Source: Takakia lepidozioides (Eukaryota; Plantae; Bryophyta). Taken from it: 64,000 nucleotides of DNA. The translations under genes and the position numbers were made by a program. Below, one piece after another: positions 11,660 through 25,300 of the stretch; the first letter of the stretch is position 1; each line of letters begins with the position of its first letter. The notes under the pieces were generated by a model, which was not told the origin of the DNA, made no database searches, and saw only the letters and a program-made list of their open reading frames with translations. The stretch spans positions 34,968,001 through 35,032,000 of the forward strand of contig CM060734.1 of assembly GCA_030704615.1 (NCBI GenBank), written 5' to 3'.

Positions 11660-13362
11660 GAGACCTTTGTTTTGTTATGTTTTGTTTTGTTTTGTAGCGT
11701 CGTTGAGATCTCCCAAACCGCGGGGCCCCAGCGCGGGTGCTTGATGCCGTTGGAAAGCCCTCGACGAGGAGGGGTGCACCGGCTTGGTCTCATGATTTTT
11801 GGACAAGCGGTGAGGGGGATGTGGAATTCCAAGTACTTTTGGTCGCTGGAAATTCACAAAAAATAGCAAAAATGGCAAAGTGGGCATTCCTGGGACAATG
11901 GTTGGAGCCTCGACGGGAGAGATATCAAGGGAAAGGTCTCCGGTTCAAATCTGGTCGTAGGCTCTGTGGAAAAAAACTTACTTAGATGACATTGGACACT
12001 TGGGCCAATGGCAAAGGCTACCCTAGAGGTTGCATTTGGGCCTCGACATAGGAAACGCACTTTGATACATAGGGGATTGCACTTGGACTTAGATGACATT
12101 GGACACTTGGGCCAACGGCATAGGCTACCCTAGTCAAGAGATGAAGCAAGACATTTGTTTTGTTTTGTTTTGTAGCGTTAAGATGTCCCGAACCGCAAGG
12201 CCCCAGCGCTGGTGCTTGGTACCGTTGGAAAGCCCTCGACGAGGAGGGGTGCACCGGCTTGGTCTCATGATTTTTGGACATGCGGTGTGGGAGATACGGA
12301 ATTCCAAGTACTTTTGGTCCCGGGAAATTCACAAAAAATAGCAAAAATGGCAAAGTGGGCATTCCTGGGACAATGGTTGGAGCCTCGACGGGAGAGATAT
12401 CAAGGGAAAGGTCTCCGGTTCAAATCTGGTCGTAGGCTTTGTGGAAAAAAACTTACTTAGATGACATTGGACACTTGGGCCAACGGCAAATGCTACCCTA
12501 GAGGTTGCATTTGGGCCTCGACATAGAAAATGCACGTTGATACATAGGGGATTGCACTTGGACTTAGATGACACTGGACACTTGGGCCAACGGCATAGGC
12601 TACCCTAGAGGTTGCATTTGGGCCTCGACATAGGAGACGCACTTGCATACATAGGGGATTGTACTTGGGCTTAGATGACACTTGACACTTGGGCCAACGG
12701 CATGGGCTACCCTAGTCAATATATGAAGCGAGACGTTTGTTTTGTTGTGTTTTGTTTTATGTGTTTTGTCACGTTGAGATATCCCAAACCGCAAGGCCCC
12801 AGCCTTGGTGCTTGGTACCGTTGGAAAGCCCTCGGTGAGGAGGGGTGCACGGGCTTGGTCTCATGATTTTTGGACTGCGGTGTGGGAGATGTCGAATATC
12901 AAGTACTTTTGGTCGCTGGAAATTCGCAAAAAATATGAAAGTGGGCTTTCCTGGCACAATGATCGGAGCCTCGACGAGAGAGATATCAAGGAAAAAGTCT
13001 TCGATTCAAATCTGGTCGTAGTAGGCTCTATGGAAGAAAAATGATGAGATACGTATGGCTAAAACGAATTTCAAGTACTTTTGGTCACTGGACAATGATT
13101 GGAGCCTCCACAAGAGAGATATCAAAGGAAAGGTTTCCGGTTCAAATCTGGTCGTAGGCTCTGTGGAAAAAAAATGATTAGATATGACTTGCTTCATATA
13201 TTGATGCATTTGGACTTAGATGACACTTGACACTTGGGCCAACGGCACAGGCTACCCTAGTCAGTATATGAAGCGAGACGTTTGTTTTGTTTTATTTTGT
13301 TTTGTCACGTTGAGATGTCCCGAACCGCAAGGCTCCAACCCTGGTGCTTGGTACCGTTGGGA
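11660..13362. repeat. Complex tandem repeat (~475-bp unit with ~107-bp subrepeat and tRNA-like module)
   Basis: TTGGAAAGCCCTCG at ~11751, ~12225, ~12821 and partially at ~13357. TTAGATGACA(T/C)T(G/T)GACACTTGGGCCAA occurs six times (~11982, 12089, 12457, 12564, 12671, 13216). Confidence 0.9.
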
Positions 13363-15489
13363 AGGAGAAATAAAAGAGAGACCACTGGACCACCTGAGGC
13401 TCCTCATGATATACTTAGTGCTTCAGAAAATAAATATGGATACTCTAATGTAGGGTGCACTACAATCTCAGATCCTGCTTTCCACCACTTTGAAGATGAG
13501 ATTTGTTCTTGTGGTGATAGGATGTTTTCTTGGAAAGATTCTAGTGTCTGGTGACAGTGGATGGAAATCAGAGTGCTGTCCTAATTTTGGGTTTGGGTGG
13601 TGGAGCTTCTCCAAAGCTTGAAGATGGAAGTGAATACGAATTTTAATGAGCTTGATGAGAGGGGCAGCCCTGTGCACGAGTTTGTTCAGCATCTTAAATT
13701 TAGACATGTTTGTTTGTTTCTCGTATCTAACAAGGAGCCGTGCCTCGTCACTTTTTTAATTTTTCGACCTTTTTTCTCATGTTGGAAAGCCATAAAAGCA
13801 ACATGTTCCTCTCCCATTCCTACACTCAACCATGTGGAATAATAATACAATGAATATGGAATATTCTATATAGAATATTCTTATTCCATCCTTTGATATT
13901 TTGACTATGGACCCTAAGATTAGACGAATCACAATTTTTTTTGTTTTTTTTGGGTACCCTTATTTAAGTGTTGTGCATATAAAATTGTTCCTATGCATAT
14001 CTAAAATTTGCATGCACGCATACATTCCTCCATATGCATGCATTTGTGTGTGCATATAGTATAGGCTACCTCTTCACCATAAAACTTAAAAATAACAATA
14101 GTCAACTCATGGGAGTATATTAATTTAAACATTCATTCAAAACCTTAAAGTACGAGTTTTCCATATCAGATATACAAATGATAATTTTCTGTAGAAACAA
14201 GCAACATAGAAAAGAATTCAGTATAAATAAACTATACTTAAGAAATTCACACACTTATAGCGTTTGGTGATGGTCAAACTTCAAAGTAATACAATAACAC
14301 TCTCACATGTAGGAAGATATCGCGGCTTGGTCTACGGGTACGTTGCCTCTCATCGCCTCTTAGTAATCATTCGCTATATTTATTTATTTCTACTTAAAAG
14401 CCTCGAAGAGTTTTTTTTTTTTTTTGGTTGGGTAGGTCTTAGAATCAAAGGCAAAATTGGCTCAAATAACAAAAGCTCTCAGACTTTTTAGAGATACTAG
14501 GTAAACATCTAAATTTTAGAGTTAATATTTTAAAAAATCTTTATGACTCTTGCTCCCAATGAGTAAAAAATTAGTCATACAATTATTTGATGATGGTGTA
14601 GACACATTTTCTTGGGCATGTAATGGTTTTGTAGGCCATTTATAGCATCCAAGTACACTCCAAGCTATAAAGGCAGTCATGACACATGTATGCGGTATAA
14701 CTCTGTCCAATGAGTTTCATAGAACAGAGATCAAATGCAAGGATAACTATGCATTATACAACCCAACACATTGGAACATGTTGAATGTGTGGCGACTATC
14801 TAATGAGACTCAATTAAAAAAGACACATACATCAATATTTGATGAATCTACAATAGCCGACATGTTTTATGCGATTTCTCATATAAGACGTAGTTGTATT
14901 TTTGTGTAAGATGCAAATGGATTGATGAAACGGGTAATAAAATAACAATAATTATTTCAGCATTGATCCACATGTTATCGAAAGAGCATAATGTTGGAGT
15001 ACAACTAGAATGACGAGACACCTCTACATATATATTGGGATGAAGGGAAATGATTTTCTCAATATTGCCACTTTTAAGTTTTTGGGTTATCTACGGCTAT
15101 GAAGATACATTCATCATCATTTATCATTTGTAAACGTGTTCATTCACTAAGGATATTCCGTATCAATGATTTTTCACTAATGAATGCATTTTGGATCGTA
15201 TGTATCTTGAGCTTTCAGATTATGATTTATAAGTCAAATAAGACCTCGGCCGCACTGGTGGCTAACTAGCCACTACTAGCTGTGGCTGACTAAACCATGA
15301 CTACTTAGCCGTGGCTAGAGGGCAACTGCACAGAGTGGCTAAAGTAAGCAGGTTAGGGAAAGTTAAGTCCCTGCTGTCCCGCAAACGTCGTCCTCGGTCC
15401 CGTGCGCATGCCCAGATTGGACACCGCAGAGGGGCTTGTCTTGCACAACAATTTAAAAAATCAAGAAAAAGGGGGGAGGGATGATGATT

Positions 15490-16190
15490 GAGTGGGATGG
15501 AGTCCCAATTGCTAAAGAAAGAAGTGACAAGGGCTCACAACCTTGCCGCCATTGAAACAAAGCTTGATGGTTCATGTGGATAGGCAAATATACTAAGAGG
15601 AGAAGTTAGTCACCGAAGCTTGCATGAAGAAATTCATCAAAATGTTTCGGTTAGTGATTTTCCAAATGAATGCACTAATTTTGGCTAATCTTTTCTTGCT
15701 TTTAGATACTTTTTCAAATTGATTTCCAATTGACAACTTCACAAGATTATACAAGAAAAGGTTTGACCACTTATTTTGCAATTTATCTGGAGAAGACTTA
15801 GTAGGAGTTACAGGCCACGAATACCCAAATTAACCAAAGAAGGGCGAAATGAGATTGTCCATCCATGACCATCTCCTTTGGGTCAAACTAGGGGGATGTT
15901 GAGGAACCAAGAAATGCTTGAATCAGTGTTGGGCGGTTATTTATATAAACAAAGAACAGTAGGTTCCGATTCTAATTGAATGAGGCATTTGAAAGACCTT
16001 GCGAAGGTGGTTCTTTACCATTGAGTATCTTTTAGAGAACCTGTGGTTACGGGTTTTTGGGAGTATGGCACATGAGGTTATGAGGCGGAGGTGGTTATCT
16101 CAACATCTTATTAGAAAAGTTCTAAAGCGTGGTTTTCTCAAAGTTACCCTCCCCCTTTCCTCAACAGCCCGTTATGTCTCTTTGATTCCA
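15490..16190 (-). mobile_element. LINE ORF2 3' remnant (zf-RVT-like region)
   Basis: AKISAFIWKITNR resembles the K...F.WK...R zf-RVT motif. Heavily decayed. Confidence 0.5.
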
Positions 16191-16627
16191 TAATATACTT
16201 ACATTCAACATTTACCAAAATTTATATTCATGACACAACACAATCAGAACAGCATTGATTAAGCATACCACATACCACCTAATAACTGCTGTACAAAAGA
16301 AATAACCTCCACAAATCCTCCGGTTATATAAACAGATATGAGCCGGTGTTCATGCAAATAGATGCAAAGCTTTTTTCGGATCTGTGTGTGATCTTTCGGA
16401 GTTCTTCAAATTCTAGTGACGACAAAGTCGGAACTGGTTTTAGCAAAGGGGAGAATATGCTCTCTTTCTTTCGTCGTTCATTTCGTTTCGTTACGGCGCC
16501 AATTTCCGAGCTATGTATGTCAATGCGCACTTGCATCATATGCGCGGCAGGTGTGTGGAATGGAGGGTTTGGGGATGTGCGAGCAAATGATGCTGAAAGA
16601 TGTGAAGGCAGACATGACACGAGAAAA

Positions 16628-17320
16628 GGACATTTGAGGTCATTGATAGCTTCAGCTTCTACAACACTGTCGATGTTCTCTAGTCCTCTCTATCACGATG
16701 GCCCTCAGGTGAGAAGTGCTCCTATGCATTTGGGTTAAATTTGAGATTGTGATCACCTTTCAGTTCATTGCAAAGCTTCGCAGAATCTTGTTGTCAAGTG
16801 CAAGCCACACCTGAGACTAGACAATCCTGGCTTATGGCTCTAGTACCCTCTGCAGCGTGGTTGCAAATTGGTGAGGGTGTGTAACAGGTGAGGTTTGGGC
16901 TGCAGACTGTGAACCACGCAGTGTTGGTAGTTGGCTATGATGTGGATGCCGAACCCCTTATTGGATTAGTAAAAATTTATGGGGTGCTGCCTTGGGATTG
17001 GATGGCTACTTCTATACGGAAATGGGCAAAAATATGTGTGGTATGTACTCTAATCTTAGCAGCTAATCACTGCTATTTTAATAGTGTTAAAGAATAATAC
17101 TTGTAGGAACACAAACAAGTTTCCAAGGCATGTGACCTCTTAAATATGTTAAACATGGGAACTATTTTCTAACTCTTCCTTCCTGTCTGATTCTGCAATA
17201 AATGTTTAGAAAGAGTAAACATATCCCTAATGTGGTGTAAACATGTTGGATACGCATGGTTCAGGCGTGGCAACATGTGCATCCTATCCAATTGTTCCTG
17301 AAGACCTGAAGAAAAATTGA
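16628..17320 (+). pseudogene. Aleurain/cathepsin H-like papain-family protease, last three exons only
   Basis: TFEVIDSFSFY..DGPQ |intron| [33 protein letters not shown] |intron| VATCASYPIVPEDLKKN*. Frameshifts. The catalytic Cys exons are absent. Confidence 0.88.
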
Positions 17321-17740
17321 AGAAAAATGGATTTGGGTGGGTGAAAACTCAAGTAAATTATCAGTTATGTAAAATCCAATGCTTATTGGAGTTCTCCTTT
17401 CCAATATGCCACAAATGACATGGGTGGCATCTGAACTACTGAAATGCCACCTTGTCTAGAATGCTCAAAGTTGCAAACCCCGGTATGAAAGGAGCTTCCT
17501 ACCTATGCACAACAAGTATGTCACTCCATCCCCAATTCATCCTCTTTTGCTTGTGTGTCATCTATCTCTTCATTCGGGACAGACAAGAATTTTGTGGCCA
17601 TGAGTTTTCCACTCATCATCAGTGTAGCTGAATATTTCTTCAATTTGTTGTGCTCTTTGGAGTGGGTGTCTTACCATATGTGACAGTTTGTCAAGGATGG
17701 ATCTTCCTTATTGGTTTTGATTCGGTGTTTCTCTGTACAG

Positions 17741-19240
17741 GCACATCTTCTTCTGTGTTTGTTTTGGTCTCTAGGTTGGCCTTATCATTGGTTTTGTGAC
17801 TGAGTACTTCACCAGCAATACTTACCAGTATGTTACTTCATCTTTTTCCCAGTTGCTGAGGGTCTTTATAAGCTATGGCACTCTGATGTGCTGCCATGGA
17901 TAACTAACTAGTGTAGAGCTTGTAAATGCATGGTCTTTTTACACGGTGATTATTTCTGCTTTTGTGAGAAGTGGAAGTTGCCGACTGTCCTATTTTGAAT
18001 GGGTATGATGGTATACAATGTTGATATCCTCTGCACGGTCGAGAGAAGAGCATTCATTGGTGGTTGGAATGTGTAAGGCATTACATGGTAAGTGAAATAA
18101 GCTTTTTACTCAGTGCCCTGCATATATCTCAAACTGTTGACTGCCGTGTTTATTTTTTGTCAGGCCTGTCAGAGATGTGGCAGACTCTTGTCGGACAGGA
18201 GCCACGACAAACATTATCTTTTGAGTTGCCTTGGGCTACAAATCTGTGATTGTTCTAGTATTTGCAATTGCAGCTGCAATCTATTTGAGTTTCACTCTTG
18301 CTGCAATGTATGGCATTGTTATAGTTGCTTTGGGAATGCTCAGTACTTTGGCCACTGGCCTTGCCATTGATGCATATGGTCCTATAAGTGATAATGCTGG
18401 TGGTATTGCGGAGATGGCGGGCATGAGCCATGAGATACGTGAAAGCACAGATGCACTTGATGCTGCAGGAAACACAACTGCTGCCATCGGCAAGGTTTGA
18501 CTCTGATACACAGCCTGGCCGGCCTTGTGGCCTCCGACACAATTATGTGGGAAAATTCATAGCCATCTAGTTTTTTATGATGTCTTGCTGAAGCACTTCA
18601 GCTTTGTGTCTCCCTTTCATCTGCTGTCTATGATCTTGAAGTCTGTTTGATTTAAGCACTGAGAATATTTAGTTATTTGGTTGCCAACTACTCTTCAGCT
18701 AGCAGAGCGGTTGTCAAGTGGGGGTCTTGTAGTGTTTCAATGAACAAACAGGTGTATCTTGTAAATGCGCATAGTCTTGTAGTTCTTTTTTTGTGGACAC
18801 AGAACTGAGAAAGATAGGAGCAAAAACCTAAGGATGGTTTATGGAGATGTGGTCAGAGTTAAGGCTCAATGCTTCCATCTAACTTGAATATGACGTACCT
18901 TTTGTAGGGATTTGCCATAGGCTCAGCTGCCCTGGTGTCTTTGGCAGGTGACTGATCTTCGTTGGCTGATGTAAGCACAAATTAATTGGTAGTCGGCTTG
19001 TAAACCTACTGTTGAGTATGTTCGTTTGTCAGGCTTTTTCAAACTTTTTGTTGCTGTTAATGTCTCCAGGAATTTAAGCTTAAAGTTAGTCGATAGGTTT
19101 TAAGTAAAGTTTGGTGGTGGTGGGAAAGCCTTCTCTTCTCTCTCTCCTCCTACCTCAAGTCTGTGAAATTTGTTCCTAGTCATTGATGGCGTTCTTCTAT
19201 CTTTGACAATCATTTTATTCTCTGTCAAAGCCTAGCCAAG

Positions 19241-19276
<36 letters not shown>

Positions 19277-19854
19277 AAAAGGGAAACACTGGGAGCGACA
19301 TCTCACAAATCAGGCCCCTTAATTATAGTGAGAGGAAAAAATAACCTCTTTCAGAGTAACCTGCCATGAAGGCTTTCGCATTGGACACCACCCAAGGGGA
19401 CCAAGCCTTGTTGCTGCAAGACCCACGAATGTTTTGGGTTGTTTTTTTTTTCTAAATTCTTCTGCATAGGGAGATTTTATTATTACTGATTTGGTGTTGT
19501 TCTGGTGACCACATTTGCCTTGGGCTGTATTGGTCAATGTTACAATGGTTCCGTACTGGAGATTGAATTTCTCGTGTAATGGACCATCAATTGTTGGCAA
19601 CTTTGGCTTTTTTAGTTACAAGATGTGGGGTTGGTCTGAATTTTCGGTTGCAGGCTGGTGCATCACCACATGCACAGAGCCTGGGCCCAAAGGGTTCCGA
19701 TGCCCACAAGGCAACAGTGATTGGAGAGACTGTTGGCGATCCATTGCAGGATACATCGGGACCCTCATTGAACATATTGATCAAACTCATGGCTGTGGGG
19801 TCACTAGTGTTTGCTCCATTCTTTGCTACAAAGGGTGGTTGGTTGTTCCGCTAG
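17741..19854 (+). pseudogene. AVP1: Type I vacuolar H+-pyrophosphatase (AVP1-like), 5'-truncated pseudogene
   Basis: Exons ~17741-17827 (GL*VGLIIGFVTEYFTSN), ~18164-18494 ([34 protein letters not shown], with an in-frame TGA), 18908-18946 (GFAIGSAALVSLA) and 19654-19854 ([25 protein letters not shown]). Internal segment lost. Confidence 0.93.
19244..19273. repeat. (TA)n microsatellite
   Basis: About 15 TA units. Confidence 0.95.
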
Positions 19855-21820
19855 TATACATGCTTCAAACAGTGGGCGGGAATTGTTCATATATTTGCCA
19901 TCATTGAGAGGGGAAATGGTATGTGGAAGGCATTAGTTTGGCAACTAATTTTGCATTCAAAATTTCCTCGAGTGGAAGGGTGGGTTTGCTCTTTTGATTC
20001 ATATAGCTGATAGGATACAAGCTGCTGGTCTTACGCGTTGTATGGTGCATTACACAAAGATAGTCCCTCCTTCGGAATCACATCAATTCGATAAGCACTT
20101 TGATTGATGAAATCAAAGGTCATTGTATTAATAATGATGTTATTAGGTCTCAAGAATTGAAAGAGTGAAATCAGCAGCAAAATCAGATTGGGTCCCATAG
20201 TCAAGCAAAGGAACCTTAAGAAACCTTTGCAAGCATATGGGCGCTAGCTCAAGCGGGAATCCTACCGGCTGTCATTCTGAATACTACTCTAGTGAATTTT
20301 TTTAATAAAATCAAGCAACTAACTACTGTTGCTTTGCTACTTAATACTAGGCTCACCTACAGATATCCCATGAAGCCTTGTCATTGCCCTCTTCATCAGT
20401 TTATTCTCTGATTCATTCTTTCTTTGTGTATGTTTCGCAATTATATCGGCTCTGATCTACGCAATCTTAAAAATCGTAAATCTTATAACTCTTCTGTTCT
20501 CTCTCTCTCCATTCAGCACTCAGTTAGCATTCGTCACTGGTAGTGCAGAGCATCGCGAAGCCCTAGTTAGGTTATGAGGCGGGGGCGGGCACTCGGCCAC
20601 TTCAGAACAGTCGGTTCCTTCCAGGGTCTTTCAAAATGTTGCCCCCTGCGGTGAAGTGCATGTACATTAACCGGGTTGATACCCGCCAGGGCGCTGTCCT
20701 CAATTAACATAACCGCCCAACACTGGTTTGAATGCTAAGCCATTGATTGGGCTTTCATACGTGCTAGAGGGGCCGCATTTACAGTCCCCATCGTGTTGCC
20801 AAAGACACACATCTCACAAGTATGCTCTTCAATGGTGGAATTCATTACCCTTTACAAAGAGAATTGTTTGTGCCAAATATACATACCACATGGATATATT
20901 AAAAATTACTTTTGCATCCATGAACCTAACCATTTTATGCAATGTGTGTCCCCAATGTGTTCTCATGTCTTTTACTATCCCATGACGCCCATCTTAATCT
21001 CTATAAAATAAAATATTTTGTAAGCTAATGAAATCATTCTTTTTTGTCTTTGGTTCAATATTTCTTTTATTAATATTTTATTTTATTGACTTTATCCCAC
21101 TTATTGCAAAAGCATCAATTCCAAAACTTTAAAAAAATAACCAGCCTGGCCACCGTCCCCTGATCTATAAAAAAAAAAAAAAAACAAAAAAAACATGATA
21201 GGCGTTCCCTGCATGTTACCAATAAGAGTCCCCATACAGTTGGGTAGTGGCACAGCTTACTGTCGAGGTGATCCTGGGCTCAAATCCTAGATCCTAGAGT
21301 GCATGCTGGGGTTTGCACAGCTATTACTGCTCCTAGTTCTTTCTTTCAGATGGATTGGGCCCTTGTAGATGAATTGTGATGCACAAATTTAGGAAGGTTA
21401 GCAGCTTGCTGTGGGCCCAATATTGAAGGACGAGGTGTGAACAATAAAGAGCGCATGACGCTGCGTGGGGGCTTATCAGATTGATGTAATGCGAGCTGAC
21501 AAGAAGGAGGTGAGAGGGTAATCTTGTACCATAATAGCTGGAGCATCCCACCATAGCCGCCACCGTGAATCTTTCCAGCTTGAATGGTGTTTTCTCTACT
21601 GCAGCTGTGAGTGCTGATGGAGCTTTGTACTTGCAGCTTCAGCAAATGCTGGAAGAAAACTGTCAACCAGATCCCTCCTTTTTCTGACCTCTATATGTAT
21701 ACCGAACAAGCATCACCTTTGCGGACAGTTGTTTCTCGTCTCATGCTGCATGTAGACTAGTAGTTCAGCGGGAGGTGGAGGAGTGCTCTCTGACTTGGGT
21801 GCGGTCAGAAAAGAGGATCG

Positions 21821-22369
21821 ATGGCGAGAAAGTCAGGAGGTTTCTCACTGACTCGAACAGTCCGTGGCACACTTGCTTACCTTTCTCCCAGAAGTTGGTG
21901 GGCTTACGCAGATTCTTACAATGAAATGTCTTCCGACTCTGTCCCTCCAATTACCTCAGCTGAAGCTATCGACCGATCTTCGTATGAGAGACTGGAGCCG
22001 TCGCATGATCTGCCTGGACTCCCGTCGGAGTTGGCACTCAAAGCAGTGACAGTTGCTGCTGTTGGCGAAATGATGAGACCTTCTTCTGATCCTGCCCCGA
22101 TGACGTCTACGTTAAAGCTGTTCTCCAGTTCTTCTACGACAGTGTTTGCGAGATTGAGGCAGTCATGTGGAAAATTAGTCGATACTGCACGTCTTTCTAG
22201 CCTGAACATCAGTGACCTTTTCGTCGGTAATCAGATGTTATTGCATGTCACTGCCAGCCCCGTCTACGGGCGGAAGAAAATCGAGGTTGTCCCCTCCAGG
22301 GGGTTTCGCGTGGAAGATTCAAAGATGATAAAAGCGCCTCAGAGGGAGAGCTCAGAGCGTGAGAGATAG
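21821..22369 (+). other. Unidentified 182-aa ORF, possibly the terminal exon of a decayed gene
   Basis: Longest ORF in 20-28 kb, with Ser/Pro-rich protein-like composition. No motif recognised. Confidence 0.25.
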
Positions 22370-25300
22370 CGTCAGCGGGGCGGGCCTATGATTAGTCTTC
22401 TGTATGTAAAAGTGCTCAATAATGCCCTCTGGCAACTCGTTCCCTGGTGTATTTTTCCCATTTCGTGGAGTATCAAGGGTTTATAAAATGGGCATCAGCG
22501 CTTACCTAACTCCTGAACAGCGGTGGGTGAACAACTTAATAGGATCAAAGTGATGGATGGACATTAAGTCAATGGGAGGTGGGTCTTCTCGTACTGGAAT
22601 ATTCAACTGATGTTGCAGTACAGGCTTGCTCTTAATAAATCACAGGCCTGCAATATGCTGGGACAGGCAGGTTGCATATTGGGGTTTGCCGATAGACTAT
22701 ACAGTAAGCTACGTGGAATTCTTTCCACTTGAGAGAATGCAGGTTTCATACTGCAGCGGGTTCGCACATTTCCCCTTGAGAGTACCTTGCTCGAAAAGAT
22801 CAATGGCCAAACCTGCAAAACTGTTTTTTTTTCCACCACCTCTGTTTCGTAGTCTCTGTACTCAAATATCGTAGTTCTCCTTCTCTGATGACTACGGGGT
22901 CGAGGATGAGAGATGTGTCACTACAAAGGGGGAGCTTTTCCGAGCTCTGGAGGGACGCATCTTGTCATAAAACGCATTGCAACTATTCTCGGTCTATCGT
23001 GCATCGACTGTAGTATTCGACAGTGCTCAGAACCTTTCGACAGTTTTATACATTGTAGTGATTGTACAATTTGCACCAATTTCCATATTATTTGTAAAGA
23101 CATATATTCGATACTTTGCAGGGTGCTGCCTGCCGTACAATTGCAGCAATGGCACTCTAGACTACAAATTCTTAGTGCAACCTCTTTAGCATATACACAC
23201 CAGATATGTATTTGAATTGCGAAACCATACACTTGGCTTCTGGAGTGATGTTTGCACACTGTTTGTTGCCATTGACTGAACATGGTGGGAAACGCTTTGC
23301 CAACCATTTCGATTCCTCATTGTTTCTGTCTGCAAAGTGCTCTCCCAAATTTCGACCTCGGATTGGAACCTGTTCTGTATTGTGCTGCACTCTAGTTACG
23401 CTAAAATTGAACATCTCCATTGCATTTTTAAGTTGAAGTTCTTGGTTCACGTTGTTTGTTATCGTAAGGAGAAATGGCCAGATAGCATTGTATAAGGCTA
23501 GAAAGGGGGGGGGAGACTTTGGACTCTGACAGTTTTTTCAAAGAAATTTTATTTTCAAGCCTCCTATTAATTATAATTATTTCTTGTATCTGTAGGTTTT
23601 GAATAGTGTAAAGTACCAAAAAAAAAAAAAAAAAAAAAAAAAGACAAAAAAGAAAGTATTGCTATGTTCAATCTCCTGCCCAAGGAAGTTTCTAGTGGGA
23701 CTGTTCCTCTTTCATTCACTATGGGGATGAAGCTGGAATGTGGTGTGATCTCTGGGGCAGAAGTTTGTGGAATGGGTTTTCCGGACAGGAAGGACAGGAA
23801 CTCATATTTGCAAAGGAAATTTCTAAGAAAGGATTGAGAAGGACTGGATGGGCTTTTTAATTGGAACAGAGGTTTTCCGAGTATGTGGGCGAAGAACCCT
23901 AAAATGTGCTAGCAGGTGAGCTTTCAAAAGTGCTCCAATTGAATCTGGAGGTGGACGTGTCTCTAGTGGAGGAATTGCCATGGCTTAAAAAACTAGGCAG
24001 CTAAATGTGATGATTGGTGGGTGCCCCATCCTCCATGTCTGTTGTTGTGGAAGCTCAATTTGTAGTCCAATGGTAACTGACTTTAGTGTGGAGCAGAGGT
24101 AGCGCGAGAGTTAAACAAGGCAATGCACGAATGTACGCTCACGGCTTTGACCTTGTGACATGGGGATGCAATGGCAAATGTGTTTGTATCTGCCGGCATG
24201 GGTGCCCAGCAATGAGGATTTGCTAGCGCTCCGCCCCCACTATTAGTGACTTCATCTCTCTCCTGGATGGGCACCGGGAATTTGTCGCACCCATAGTAAG
24301 AATCTCTCAGGTAAACCTTGTTTTATTTTCAACCTAAATCCTTCTTGCTTTTCTCATTTTGGGTTCTTCTCATGTATAAATGTCTATATAGAACGATGTG
24401 TATGCTTCTGTCCTTCTGTCCTTGCTGCTTTGCGGTTATCTGACGATATTTGTGGGTGTTGGGTAACATTACTGGTTGTCTACGAGTACGGAAGTCACCA
24501 GCTATCAATTGTGCTTTGTGAACTCCTGGTGGTGCCATACTGGCCAATTCAACCCCTCACCACTATAAGGATGCAACAACGAGAAGAACTGAGGATTGTA
24601 TTGCGGACTGAAGCCAAATGCAGGGGTGAAAGAGGATGTGATTAGTGGTCTCTTCTGCCATTGGCCATTTGTTACTCATCCTATTGGTATCTGCAAATGC
24701 CGCAAAATTCACTTCACGGACCTTTGCAGACAGTGAGGGGAAGTTGCTGTTACAAGACAGGCAAAATTATTTCTGTTCTACAGGTATGGTCCTTACCATA
24801 TGACTACCTCGATCTCGATGTATGGTTAGATTATCTTTTGACATGGATTTGTTCCCATAACTCTGCTCTCAGTATGTAGGTAGTGTTTTAAGAGCAGTGA
24901 GAGGTTATCAATGCTTGTTACAATGGTGCGCGTGGACATCCCTAAGACTCCTGTCGCATGCTTCTAAGCTCCCAATGAACCCAAACAAGACCATGATTAA
25001 GAGGAGTTTTAGTGTTGGACTTTCAACAGGCCCTAACATGAAACGGCATGGAGGCCAGTGGTGGGGCAGCATCACAGGTGCATACCTTAAAGTTGGGGAT
25101 TTCAGATGAATTATCTTATATTTAAGAGGAAAAATCTTCTTTGAGCATGTGGAGATTGAAGCTGTTGTGTTATCCATGCTTGCCACCCTCATTTGATGAC
25201 AAGGGGACCATAGCAATTGGAGTTACACTGTTATGTGAAACAGATGACTTCCAGATGAAAAAACAACCTGGAAAGGAAGGAAGGATATATGGTCAATTTC

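Noticed and set aside
11660-13362. Recurrent ~30-bp motif resembling a CRISPR repeat
   Set aside because: The intervening sequences are themselves repeated rather than unique spacers, there are no cas genes, and the context is eukaryotic.
20238-21310. tRNA-like fragments (GCTAGCTCAAGCGG near 20243; GGCTCAAATCC near 21277)
   Set aside because: No cloverleaf or matching box pair; at most decayed SINE heads.
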